Below, piece by piece: positions 1-11,568 of a DNA stretch of 64,000 bases (positions are counted from its first letter, which is position 1; each line of letters starts with the position of its first letter). The notes under the pieces were generated by a model. The model did no database searches. It was given only the letters and a program-made list of their open reading frames with translations, and was not told the origin of the DNA. Source of the DNA: Strigamia acuminata (Eukaryota). Both the position numbers and the translations under genes were made by a program. Location: assembly GCA_949358305.1 (NCBI GenBank), contig OX442314.1:9548001-9612000 (forward strand), in the 5' to 3' direction.

Positions 1-455
1 GTGGTGTTCGTCCAGTGGTAGTCCTTCGCATATTCCTCGACTATCTGGAGCCATTCCGTCGTGGTTCTGGTCTGGTCCCGCTCGCCCGAAAATTTTGGCA
101 GCTTCGGCGCCGCTCGCGTTTCGCGCCGCGAGTTTTCCAGCTGCATTTGCGCAATCAACAGCTGCACAGCCTTCTCGGTCCCCGTCGCATTTGGATCTGC
201 CGTTTTCTGTACCTCTCGTATCTGTTGGTCGTCGTCTTCTTCCTCCTCTTCCTCCTCGTCGGCGACCGTCTCGCCTGCCGCCTTTCGCATCGCTCGCCAC
301 ATCTCGACCGCCATCTCCGCTTTACGTTTTCGGAACGTTGTGAGCCCGAGTTTCCGCATTTCGGGGCGCATTTCTTCCGTTCTCAGGACCAACAAATTCT
401 CAACTGTGGGTATTTCGCCCCTCGCAATCATCGCAAGTACCGCCGGGATGTCCAT
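1..455 (-). CDS. Gag-like protein, N-terminal part (runs off left edge; absent from ORF track)
   Basis: Manual translation from ATG at 455: MDIPAVLAMIARGEIPTVENLLVLRTEEMRPEMRKLGLTTFRKRKAEM...EEEEEEEDDD...AAPKLPKFSGERDQTRTTTEWLQIVEEYAKDYHWTNT, with no stop to the window edge. LPKFSG..WL..VE..A...W resembles the start of a Ty3/gypsy capsid domain. Confidence 0.7.
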   Translation of the reverse strand, partial: MDIPAVLAMIARGEIPTVENLLVLRTEEMRPEMRKLGLTTFRKRKAEMAVEMWRAMRKAAGETVADEEEEEEEDDDQQIREVQKTADPNATGTEKAVQLLIAQMQLENSRRETRAAPKLPKFSGERDQTRTTTEWLQIVEEYAKDYHWTNT

Positions 456-1268
456 CGTGATTTTTTTGACGTTCAAAAAACTTTTCGACCACGCGTCGCT
501 GTTTCGCTCTTTTGTCTTGGTTTTAGGCCTCGCGCCGCTTTCACCACTCTCTGCTCACTCTGGATTCCGGTTCTGGTCACTTCACTTCTCGTTCTTTCAG
601 TTCGCAATTTTGTTTAACATCCCACTTCTGATGTAAAGTTATTGTTTCTCTCTCAAAAACTTGTTGAAAACTGTTAAAATAACTGTTGCCAAAATGGCCA
701 CACAACCAGTCAGTTCTCTAGATTTAACAGGAATGCTTTATTTTACAAAGAATATACAAAAATGGTTTTTAATCTTTTAATCTTTTAACTCGATTCTTGA
801 ATTCCTCGTGTTGGCGCGCGTGTCTTTCTGGCGATCCTGTCGCCCTCTGGTGTCACTTCTCTGCACCTTTACATTTCACAGAGGGGAGGAGTGGTAGAAA
901 AGAAGAAAATAAAGAAATTTTATCAAGATTTGCGTGAAAAACAACCTAAAAAAGTCATGAAAAAAGCTATCTTGAAGAAATATTCACTTCGAGATAGGGG
1001 GAGGATTAAGCCTCCAGACTACCTCTAAAAATAGAAGGTAGCGACGTCACTCGGGAGTCCGGAAGTGGACGACGTCGCAGCTCGAACGTGATTGGTCGAG
1101 GCGAATCTCACTTGTTAACTTGACATCAAAACAATAACAAGTTAAGGAAAGTTATCCCGGATTTTAACAACAAGTCAGTAAGAATAAGAGGGAAGAACGA
1201 CCAAAAACGAAGAAAAAGTGTGCAGCCAAGTGAAAGAAGGGTCCGATTAAGCGGAAGTTCATCTTAAG

Positions 1269-4200
1269 ATGTTCGAACCACGGAAATCACCACCACCAAA
1301 AAGACGGGACCATAGTGAGGTAGTAAAAATCGAAATGTGTCGAAAATATAAATAAGGAAGTATTTTCTCTCATCGGGTGTGTTATTTGAAAGTGCGTAAA
1401 GTATTGTGGAAATGACGGGAACGAAATATGTCGTTACAACGTGACAAGTTCGGCGAAATCACGATTTAAAATGAAAAGGAATCAAATGTCTCGAAATAAG
1501 TTAAAATAAAATTAGTTATCACTTAAATAACTGGTTTTATAAGACAAAAGTGCTAATTTATTAGGCAAAATCACAAATTAGTAACTTAAAAAGGACTCCT
1601 ATCACGGAAAATTAGCAAGGAGCGCCATCTTGTGAGAAAATTTAGAATAATAAAACTCAAAATCGAGATAAATACGCAAAAATAACACACACATCAGAGA
1701 AAGATAAAATACAATGAATTTGAGAGAAAATTGAATTTAATAATGTTTTACACAGACCCAAGAAGCCATGGCGTCGTGGGGAAGAATTTCGAGGGCGGCT
1801 AGATTGCCAAGGAATATCCACCGAGGGAGAATTCCTTATCGTTATAAAAGGGAATTTACCAAGAGAGGATACACCGCATTCCAGGCTCGAAAAGCGTTTA
1901 CAACAGCCATCCAAAGATTTTGGGGAACGACGAAACGATTATTCAAAGGATTCAAAACATGTTTCCACGAAGTTTTGAGACAGATCCCAATTACAGAGGA
2001 CACACATGGCCCAATTTGGAACCAGATGATAGGAGACGAATATCCGATAGAAGAGGAGGAAGCAGCCGATCTCAAAATATACAAGAACCCCGCGACAAAT
2101 AAATTTAAATTCGTGGAAGAGGTGATGGCCAAACTGAAAACTGGAGCGCAGGAAGTGGCAGCGAAATACATGGAAGAGAAAACCGCGTACCTTGAAGCTC
2201 AGGCCTTATTGCCTTCCCCGGAGTTAGATAAAGAGCCGCCATATTTCGTAAAGAGCCAGTACAAGATGCACCAACTCCACATGACGGGACTCATTGGCCA
2301 AAACATCACACCACTCAATTTAGAAGGTGAGCCGCCAGGCGAAGATTTTGGACCGCTCGTGTACGCCAAACAACAGCGGCAGGAGCAAGACGAATGGGAA
2401 GCAGCATTAGAGCAGGCAGCGAACGAGACGGTGAAGGAATTACACGAGGAGGTGGAGTTTCTGAAATGTGTCAGAACGGAAGAAGAGGAAACCAAACGGC
2501 GAGGAAGAGAAGCCAGATCACGAGGAGCCCTTCGTTACTCCAGGAGTGAGAGACCCAAAAGGACAACTCCTCCTCGAAGAATCAGCCCAAAATATTATAC
2601 CAGGGAATTCCGATCTAGGCGAAAAGAGTACAGAAGTGCGGAAATAAGTCCGAGAAGATGTCAAAGTCGAGATAGAAAAGAAAGTCCCCGACGAAGGAGT
2701 AAGAGTCCAATACGGCAATATTTCTCTCGTCAAACTCAAATGGAGAAAAGATTAAGTCAAACAGACAAAGATTCAGAGAGGGAAGTAAAGAGGCATCAAC
2801 GAAGCTCGGAAATAAGTCCGAAAAGGAATTCGAGGCGACACGAAACGACAGAGCAAGAATACGTACCTAGACACCACCGAGCAGCAGAGAAGCGTCCATC
2901 AGCCGAAGGAAATCGAATTGAGCGGACAAAGAAGCGCCCACGGTCGTCACACCGCTATTCAGAAATGCGCCCAGCGAGAAAAGTGACGATTTCGGCAAAT
3001 AAAGATGAGACACTACAGGTGCAAATTCGCAGAAGTTCGTCGGACGAGTATTTGACGGCACACGAGATGGAGCTAGATCAATACGTGGTAATGGACGAGT
3101 GTCAACGTTCGCCATCGCCTGATTCGGAGGAAGAGCAGCAATTGGCTGAAACGACTGTTCACATTTTGGAGGAACGGGAGCCAACAGCGACAGTCACACA
3201 CGACATTGAAAAACGACAAGGAGGTGAAACCAGCAAAAGAGGGCCACAAACACCACCTACTACCCCGCCAAGGCAGCAGGAAGTGCAGAAACCACCGCCG
3301 GCCACCCCTCCAAGACCGGACCAGGCGCCAAATACACCACCACGGAGTATGCACACTCCTATTACCTGGACTCCAACCACGTGCCCACCAACACCAACGC
3401 CGCGAGTGTCATCACCGGAGATTTCCAGCTGCCGAGAGTTGCCGACTCTTGACGAGGCCTTAGCCCAGGCATGGGAGAAAAGGGCAAGGGAACCAGCGCG
3501 GAAAAAAGGACCATCGCGAATACTGCGCCCAAGGATGCGAGATCCAAGGAAGGTACAACCAAAAGCTACGCCGAGTGCCGCCTTGGGAGTGCCTCACCCT
3601 CACTTGCAGCCAATTACGGAACCAATTCCCCAAACGGACTTATCACTGCCAATTCCGTCAGTAGCCACCGTGATGTACACGATAGACCCATCAGTTACAT
3701 TAGCCGAAGATTTCGATAAATACTATCGACAGCTGTGGACGATGTATCTGAAATTTCCGTTATGTAACCAAGGACTTCTGACCCCGACAATGGACGAGTA
3801 TCAGCAAGCCCAATTAGCAGAGTCACTAAATGAACGACGGAGATGCGCTCAAGCCTTCATCGCCCAACCCACCGAATTGAGAACCAAAGAATGGCTAGCT
3901 TGGTTCGAAGTGCAAATGTCAGTGGCATTAATAAGACTTTTGTTTCCAGGAGTTTTCCAAGCAGTCGAAGCATCGCTGATCGCCACAAGTTTCCTATGGA
4001 CGGCAGCAATGGGCATCCCACCCGAGTTGCTCGACAGCTGGAAAACAGTATTGGGAGACCCACCTGTCATCCGGGCCCAATTGGAACGAGAAGTTTTTAA
4101 AACGGGAGAGACATCGGGGCAGTGCATGCTAAGATTGCGGGGCGAATGGATTCTGAGAAGACAGAGCTTGCAACTGCAACGGAATTTTGGGACGTGTGCG

Positions 4201-4815
4201 CAGCAAGTGGCTGACCCACCAGCAGCGGGAGGGGCGGTGCCCACAATCTTTATGACTGCCACGCCAAGCCACCAGCCAACCAAAAAAGCAATAGCTCCAG
4301 AATCCGATGTCGAGTTGAAATTGACCACCGATACTGAGATGTTTGATGTCGAAGGGAATGAGCCCTTAAATAGAGCTAGTGGAAGCTCGCAAAAAACAGC
4401 GTCTGGCAGAAGTTCAGCAGCCACTAAAGGGACGAAAAAGAATCCGAACCAAGACTACAGGAAAATAAAACAGTTGTATCCAAGTCTGAGATTCCCCGAT
4501 TACGCGCGAACTCTACTTATCTATAATGCGACGTTATGCCATGAGGCATTGAAGTGGCTTGAGAATGCTGTCAGAGAGCCGAAACGCATAATTCAGCATC
4601 AACGACTAGTTGCAGTGCGGAGACCACCCACCGGATCCCGCGAAAAATATGACATCGACTATGACCGAGTATTCCCGAGGACCAAGTTCATCAAAGAAGT
4701 CTGGCTCCATGTCAACAATGGCGCCACCTCGGGACCAACCAAGCATCTGCCAAAATTTTCGGTTTCCGAAAGCGAAGCTCCAACTCCGGAGTCAGTTTTC
4801 CGAATCGAGAAATGA
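1269..4815 (+). CDS. Element C accessory ORF3 (about 1030 aa, RS-rich and Pro-rich, non-Env); probable short first exon 1269-1319 and main exon 1756-4815
   Basis: The 1015-aa ORF ends about 45 bp before the LTR, and two blocks are homologous to 51105-53342. ATG 1269...GAG|GT and TTTTACACAG|ACC at 1756 join in frame. The first exon is less certain than the main ORF. Confidence 0.8.
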
Positions 4816-4845
4816 GAAGTGAAGGAAGAATCGGAGAACCTTCCT

Positions 4846-4859
4846 AAAAAGAGGGGAGG
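4846..4859 (+). other. Polypurine tract of element C
   Basis: AAAAAGAGGGGAGG immediately before the LTR start TGTAGTG. Confidence 0.8.
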
Positions 4860-5867
4860 TGTAGTGACCCTAGTGGTCACTAATGAAGTGTCGGGAATGA
4901 GCCCGAAATAAAATATTAAGTTGGAGATTGTTTTATTTTATTTTATATTTTTTATGATTTCCTGTCTAGATAAAGGGAGTTAGGCAGGGTGGGAGGAATT
5001 GTGGGTGGTCGCCAAGGAAACCAGCCCGCAACCTCCCGGAGCAGGAAACACTTCCTGTGAGGAGCAGAAAAACTCCTCAGTTTGAAAACCTACTTTGAGA
5101 GCAACCAGTCACCAAAATCTTCCTGAGAGAACACCATTCTACAAGCTGATTTAGTGAAAGATTGCCAGAGTATTTGGACTCAGTCTTGCAACTTGCCAGA
5201 GCAATTTGTGCGACATTTCTTGCTGTTACTTCAGTTAGTGACAGTGGGAGTTTCATCTTGCCAAACAAGTATTGTTTGGAGGGATTTCTATTCTTGGCCA
5301 ACAACCATTGTTGGACTGAGATTTCCTCACTCGCGACGAAGCGAAGTGAGCGCGACTGTGTGAGATTGTTGAGCGGAATCAGCCGCAACGACGCCGCGAC
5401 GACGACGTTGCGACCTGGAGAGGACGAAGAGAGTGGGATTGAGCCCGAACGAGTCAGGAGAGCGTAGTTGTGACGGAATTGAGTCCGTGTTGAAGAAACG
5501 CCGAAGCCGAGCCGAGCGTCGGGTGAAGCGAATCCAAGCGTTCGGCATTCCCAAGAAGTGGAGCCGTCGAATCGACTGGATTCTGTATCATTTTCCTTTG
5601 CTTTTAATTATTTTCCTTTTAGTGAATTATTCCTTAAGTCATTTAATTTATCAGTTTATCACAAAATAATATCTTGTATTTGATTTAGTGTTTATTCTAA
5701 GTTTGAATAAATCGTCTGTTAATTGAGAAATAATTGAGTCATTATTTCTCTCATCATTTGAATTAATAATATAGTTATTTTGAGAAGTATTTGTATAAGT
5801 CCTGGCACGGCATCAATGAGTTTAGTTTTATTGTTAATATTCCTTACAGTAATTTGAGCTCATTACA
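4860..5867 (+). mobile_element. 3' LTR (about 1008 bp) of Ty3/gypsy element C, which extends beyond the left edge
   Basis: Near-inverted termini TGTAGTGA...TCATTACA with the PPT upstream. Similarity to the paralogous host segment (about 24472) begins exactly at 5868. Confidence 0.8.
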
Positions 5868-7270
5868 GGTTGTATGTACTCCAGGCACACAAGTTGACAC
5901 AAATTAAATTTGCCAGTGAGTTTTTGAGTCGTAAAAAGACAGACAGAAAGCTTAGCTGTCACTGGAATCGGAAACAACACAATTCTCAAAAGAAAACGCG
6001 TATTATCCCGATGCGTCGGTAATGCCAAGCAGTGCTCAACAATTACCGGAATCGGAAACAACACGAACCTAAAGAGAACGCGTATTATCCTGACGCGTCA
6101 GTAATGCTAACCTATGCTGAATCAGGCTAAAGCCCCTTGTAAGCAGGGCGGCCAAATCAAGCAAAAGCCAAAACCCAAATCGCGAATGAATTTAATCTGG
6201 CGTTAAAACATGAAAAAAGGCGGAAAAAAACAAAGGAATCCAAGTGGGTTAAAATGTTGCATGGATGTGTTGCACAACCTTCACAACTGGTGCTCCCTTT
6301 TAGAGAGCATGAAGCAAAACCAACAGAATTTGATGATAGGGTGAAGATTTGAGACTTGGACAAGGGTCAAGGTATTTGAGTTTCCAACAATCATGAAGTG
6401 ACTACCAAAGGCAAATTGGACAAGAATTGTACAATTTCTCTGATTTTGGAACCTCCTTAGGCACAGCATAGGTGCACAGAGTCTGGTTATAACGTGAAAT
6501 AACAAGCAAGAAAAATTAAACCAAACTAATATGAAAACTATGAAGAAATGCCACGAAAAATTAAATAAAAATAAACATTAATTGGAAATGTAGCATTATT
6601 GCGGAACAGAAATTTATAGCCCAAATAACCAGAGTTCTCTCTTCCAGTTCGACTTAGACAAGTCATCAGTTTATCCAGCAGTGACCAATTGCAACAAGCA
6701 ACACTGGAAATCAATATAATAAAAAATAAAAAAACTAAAGAATTGATTTTAAAACACCAAACAAAAGAAAATAAAACGATATTGCTTGAGTCACACATTA
6801 ACTAATATATGCATTTTAAATGTATTAAGCCTAAACTAGAATCCAGAAGTGAAATTAAGCCTAAACTAGAATCCAGAAGTGAAATTAAGCCTAAACTAGA
6901 ATCCAGAAATTAAATTAAGCCTAAACTAGAATCCAGAAGTGAAATTAAGCCTAAAATGAATGAAATCAAAGTTATCAACTCGTATCAAACCATCCAATTC
7001 CTTGGTTGTGCATCTATAAAATTCTGCGTAAATACGAATAGAATTTGGTGAAAAATATCAACCTGAGAGAGAAAACGGATAAAAACGAAATGGAAGGCAG
7101 AGCATGACCAACAAAATCTCGCCTCGTGCTGACCGAGATACGTGACAGATTATTGTTTAGCGTGTGGCATTGTCGTCATAAAATGCACATCCACACCCTC
7201 TGCTGTTAAACGACCAAAACATCATGGAAATGCACAAAACGAAAATTGGATCGCTGCATTGGACTCTATT
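5868..7270. repeat. Segmental duplicate of about 24472-25777
   Basis: Long near-identical colinear stretches, and near-identical short ORFs 6538-6798 and 25063-25329. Confidence 0.9.
6825..6957. repeat. 30-bp tandem repeat (ATTAAGCCTAAACTAGAATCCAGAAGTGAA), about 4 copies; about 3 copies in the paralog at 25350-25450
   Basis: Directly visible periodicity. Confidence 0.9.
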
Positions 7271-7300
7271 TCTCCGCTGGGTGGAAAATTCGACCATAGA

Positions 7301-7650
7301 GTGAGTTTCTTTCACTTTTTTCTTGAATTCTTCGAATCCTGCGATCGCTTTCTCTTTCTCGTTCGCGGCCGATTCGGCTTCGATCTGCAAGCGGTCCTTC
7401 AGAGGCCGCAATAACTCCACTTCTTTTCTCTCTTTTTCAAACTGTTTTTGCTTGTCGGCCAACATTTTCTCTTTTACCGCGATTTCTGCGTCCAATTTCT
7501 CCATTTGCTCGAGCTCCCACTGCGCAGGAAGCAAATCAAACATCTTATCCAGTTGTCGCTGAACTGTTAAAATTGAATTTAAAGTTAAAACTACTCAATC
7601 TTGATAAATTGCATTTCATCGGGTAACTTTGTGCTTAAGTGTAAATTCAG
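7301..7650 (-). pseudogene. Partial duplicate of the KNL1 coiled-coil exon and adjacent intron
   Basis: MFDLLPAQWELEQMEKLDAEIAVKEK...KKVKETH is nearly identical to 27548-27800 and is truncated. Confidence 0.9.
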
Positions 7651-7970
7651 TTTTGACGTAAAAATCGAATTTTTGACGTAAAAATCGAATTTTTGACGTA
7701 AAAATCGAATTTTTGACGTAAAAATCGAATTTTTGACGTAAAAATCGAATTTTTGACGTAAAAATCGAATTTTTGACGTAAAAATCGAATTTTTGACGTA
7801 AAAATCGAATTTTTGACGTAAAAATCGAATTTTTGACGTAAAAATCGAATTTTTGACGTAAAAATCGAATTTTTGACGTAAAAATCGAATTTTTGACGTA
7901 AAAATCGAATTTTTGACGTAAAAATCGAATTTTTGACGTAAAAATCGAATTTTTGACGTAAACATCGAAT
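7651..7970. repeat. 20-bp satellite (TTTTGACGTAAAAATCGAAT)n, about 16 copies
   Basis: Perfect tandem array. Confidence 0.95.
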
Positions 7971-7974
7971 GCGC

Positions 7975-9120
7975 GAAACCGACGAAACCGGCCGAAAAAC
8001 GGACGAAAACGCCACAAAACAGGCAGAAAATGACGCGCAAATCGACAAAAATCGCCGGAAAAACAGTCGAAATCGCCGAAAGAACGGTCGAAATCGCCGG
8101 AAAAGCGGACGAGGACCCCGTCAAAGGTGGCTAAAACGCGCCAGAAGAGAACGAAGTCGTCGCAAAGACCGATGAGTGGAGCGCAGCGAGGGAAAAGCGA
8201 GCCGGAAAGACTCGTGCCGTTGGTGACGGCTCGTCCGGGGACTCTCACGCACCATCGGCAAGTGCTGAACGCGATTCGCCATCAAAACGAGAACTTCGAA
8301 GCCGATTTCTTCTCTGCGTCGACTTTCGACGTCAGCAAAATAATCGTATAAATCTATTTGGATTTTTGGATTTAACAAAATGTTAAAATTTTGATTTTTT
8401 TACAATTACAGAATTTACCGACGAGAAGTTCCATGTCCGATTTGGAGTGTACGTCGGATTCCTCCAGCGCTATGACTCCGAACGTCCGAATACCGTTGCC
8501 GAAGCCGGCGTCGCGGCACCGCACGCCCGAACCTGATGACCCGTTTAGCCAGCCTCTTCCCGACGAATTATTTCGAAGGTCGACATATAAAAAGGCCGGG
8601 AAAAAAAATCGATTTTTTAACAAAAAAAATTTTAAAAACCGATTTTTACGTCGATTTTCTTAAGAAAAACCTTAAAATACGATTACTTTAGTCGATTTTA
8701 ACGTAAAAGTTGAGAAAAACGTCAATTAATTTCATTAAAAACTAAAAAAAAATATTTTTTTGTCAATTTTTGCGCAAAGAATGCGACAAATTTTGATGGT
8801 ATTTCACAATCGCAAGAAGAAAGGTCAGGGGCCTCACGTGCACGAAAGGTTCAGGGTAAGATGTCGATTTGTGTTTGTATTTGATTAAATTTAATCCGCG
8901 AGTGGTTCTTGGAAATCCTCGATTTTTCCGTGCGAAAATTTGCCCTTTCAAGTTTTGACGTTTCTCGCTCTTTTCTTTGCAGCAAAAATCGACGGACGCC
9001 GCGATCAAGTGCAGAAAGGCGTGCAGTTTGGATATGCCGAAGAGCGTTCTGCAGTTTGACTCGTCGCTCGACAAGAACAACTTTCGCGACGAGGGTGACT
9101 GATCAACCACAACTTGTCGT
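7975..9120 (+). pseudogene. Partial duplicate of the KNL2/M18BP1 3' exons
   Basis: AKTRQKRTKSSQRP...ARPGTLTHHRQVL, NLPTRSSMSDLEC and KSTDAAIKCRKA match 35106-36780, with internal deletions. Confidence 0.9.
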
Positions 9121-9322
9121 TTTTTTTACCTTAGTTTATTTTTGCGAAAAAAAATAGAATAAAAAAAAAAAGAAATACAGAAGGGTAAAAATATTTTACG
9201 AGCAAAAATTGAATAAAAATTCAAATTCAAATTCAAATTCAATTTTCCTCACTCGAAAGTGGTCGGACTAAAAATCCCGCCCGGTTCAAGAAATGCGATA
9301 AAATAAAAATTCGATAAAACGG

Positions 9323-10912
9323 TGTGACGATTACCTTCTGGAGATAGCAATTGCTAAACTAAAGTGTGAACTATCTGTGTGAAAATGTAAAATATGCAAA
9401 CCTGATGTTTTCTCAAAACATATAACATTTATTCCGGTTTGAACCTTATATAAATACTATGCCTACAAGTGGCTAAAATGACGAGAAGTTAAACTATACA
9501 GTTGTTTGGCAAAAGCCCTGAAATAATATCATTTGAAGGCTTCAGTCATGCAATAAGAATTTGTAACGGTCTTATTGCTGTGACGTAAAAGATGTCATCT
9601 ATGAATGGCTTTGGCTTCTAAATGGTCCGGGGTTTGGTTCTAAAAGGCGTGTAAATGGTTAGGCTGGGTGGGTTATATCCGAGAGGTGCGGTTGACTTTT
9701 CTGTATCGTCACACACATCGCGTCGCAGATAATTGTTGTAATCAATAATTACCGCGAGATGTAACAATGTGAGAATAAATATTCATATTAATTCTATGGA
9801 ATTAATCATGATATTTTAGAGTCACAAACTTAACTAAAACTATGAAAATAAGTAAAATATATTAAAATAGCGCCGAGCTATTTTTTGCCCCGAGTGCAAT
9901 CAACATCTAAGTTAGACTTAAAGGTTCCGTCAAACCAATAACGAATTGAATCGAAATATCTCGCAGGAAAGGTTATCCATCGCCGGGAAATTACTCCACT
10001 CGGTCCTGGCTGGCGGGAGAGTAACCGGGAAATTACTCCGCGTCGATTACTCTGATAATGCGTCTGTGAAATATAAATACTCCACTCTAGATTCTACATT
10101 ACCAATGCGTCTGTGAATTTTACTCCACTCTAGATTCTGCACTCTACAACGGAATGTTGGCATGAAGCTGGAGGGAGTGCGTCTGTGGGTTGTACCCCAC
10201 TCTAGATACTACACTTAAATGTGTCTGTGAATTACTCACTCTAGTTACAACATTTCTACAACGGAATGTTGGCATGAAGAGGCGGGCAGTGTGTCTGTGA
10301 GTCTTCTACCCACTCTAGATACTTACACTAAATACAAAGTATTTCTACAACGGATTGTCGGAACGCAGAGAAGTATAATATGTGCTCAAGTAATATCAGT
10401 ATCAAACAAAAACAGAACAAGAGCGAGCTATATCCGTTTTGCAGGGGGATATATACTCGGTGAGGAGAATAGCTGTTCAGTGATCCAATGGGATCACTGG
10501 GCAGTCAAATCCATCCAATCCCAGATCATAGGAAGTGGATACTCAGGACATAGTCTTCTACTAGGTCCACTACAGGAACTGGATACGCAGGACACATTTT
10601 GGATTAAGTCCCTTTGACTATAATCCAAAAGGAGTCCAACTCACAGTGGGTGATGGGGGGTGACTTCACCAGGTGTAGAGTTTGCACATAATTCAATAGA
10701 ATTATGTGACAAATAAATCAACTAGTTTTTAAACATCCAAAAGTATTTAAAAGTGTCTAAAGTTGCAGTGGAATAAAATATAAATAGTAATTTATATTTT
10801 ATTCACTCAAAAATTGTCGAAATTTGAATTTACCGCTAAAACGCATCAGCGCCATCTATTGGTGAAGTAATCGTCCTATACTAACAAAGTGCATGACAGT
10901 GTAACCGTCACA
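9323..10912 (-). repeat. 3' LTR of element A
   Basis: Direct repeat of 21751-23340; PPT-like AAGGGGGACT adjacent on the minus strand (10913-10922). Confidence 0.95.
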
Positions 10913-11568
10913 AGTCCCCCTTAAATATATGTTAATACCTGTATTAACATACTATTTATTCCGAATATCTTGAGGATCAAGACCACACTGTCATCTAGGG
11001 GACTCGAGCTGTAATCCTTGGTAAGTAAAAACCTTTATTTTATATCTTAATAGTATAAATAAAGAGTATTTCTTAATCAAATGCTTCAAAAAATATTTAT
11101 TAGGGTTATAAAACTTTCAATTATCAATAATAACTTCCATCTCTCTTTACAGGTGGACTTACAACTGCATCAAGAAAAGGCGATAACTTAAACTAACATC
11201 AAACTCTTGTACCAAACAAATGATTAATAAAATTTAACAATTATTTTCACAAAACTTAACTTCTCACTGGAAATATAATGATTTGCAAAATAACACTTTA
11301 CACGTTAAAATTCAAGTATTAAAATTAGTATTCATTTAAACAAACTCACATTGACTCGTAATCAAATTTTAACAGAATTGTTAAATTAAATATTAAAGAT
11401 CTTTGAATTATTCACAAAAACGGCATAAAATACACCTGAACCTGACTAAATCTTTGTTTCAACTCGGGTCAAGAAATGGAGATGGAGAAAATGGACTCGT
11501 TACTTCTGGTCTTGCCTTAAAAGGGAAGATATCGGGAAAGTAACGGATCCCGACATCGTTGACGCTTT

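Noticed and set aside
15..636. Plus-strand ORFs of 200 and 191 aa
   Set aside because: Antisense shadows of the minus-strand Gag-like ORF
829..845. TGGCGATCCTGTC as a possible PBS
   Set aside because: Not preceded by an LTR-terminal CA and on the wrong strand for the adjacent Gag; better explained as a small GGCGA/TCGCC hairpin
6157..6798. Short minus-strand ORFs conserved with 24808-25329; possible snoRNA host
   Set aside because: Conservation is explained by recent duplication; no convincing protein or C/D box pair
7591..8248. ORFs with repeated FTSKIRFLRQKFDFYVKNSI
   Set aside because: Translation of the 20-bp satellite; the same applies to 28392-28816
10291..10617. 108-aa ORF duplicated at 22719 (also the 100-aa ORF at 42415/53819)
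   Set aside because: Duplicated only because they lie in LTRs; no recognisable motifs
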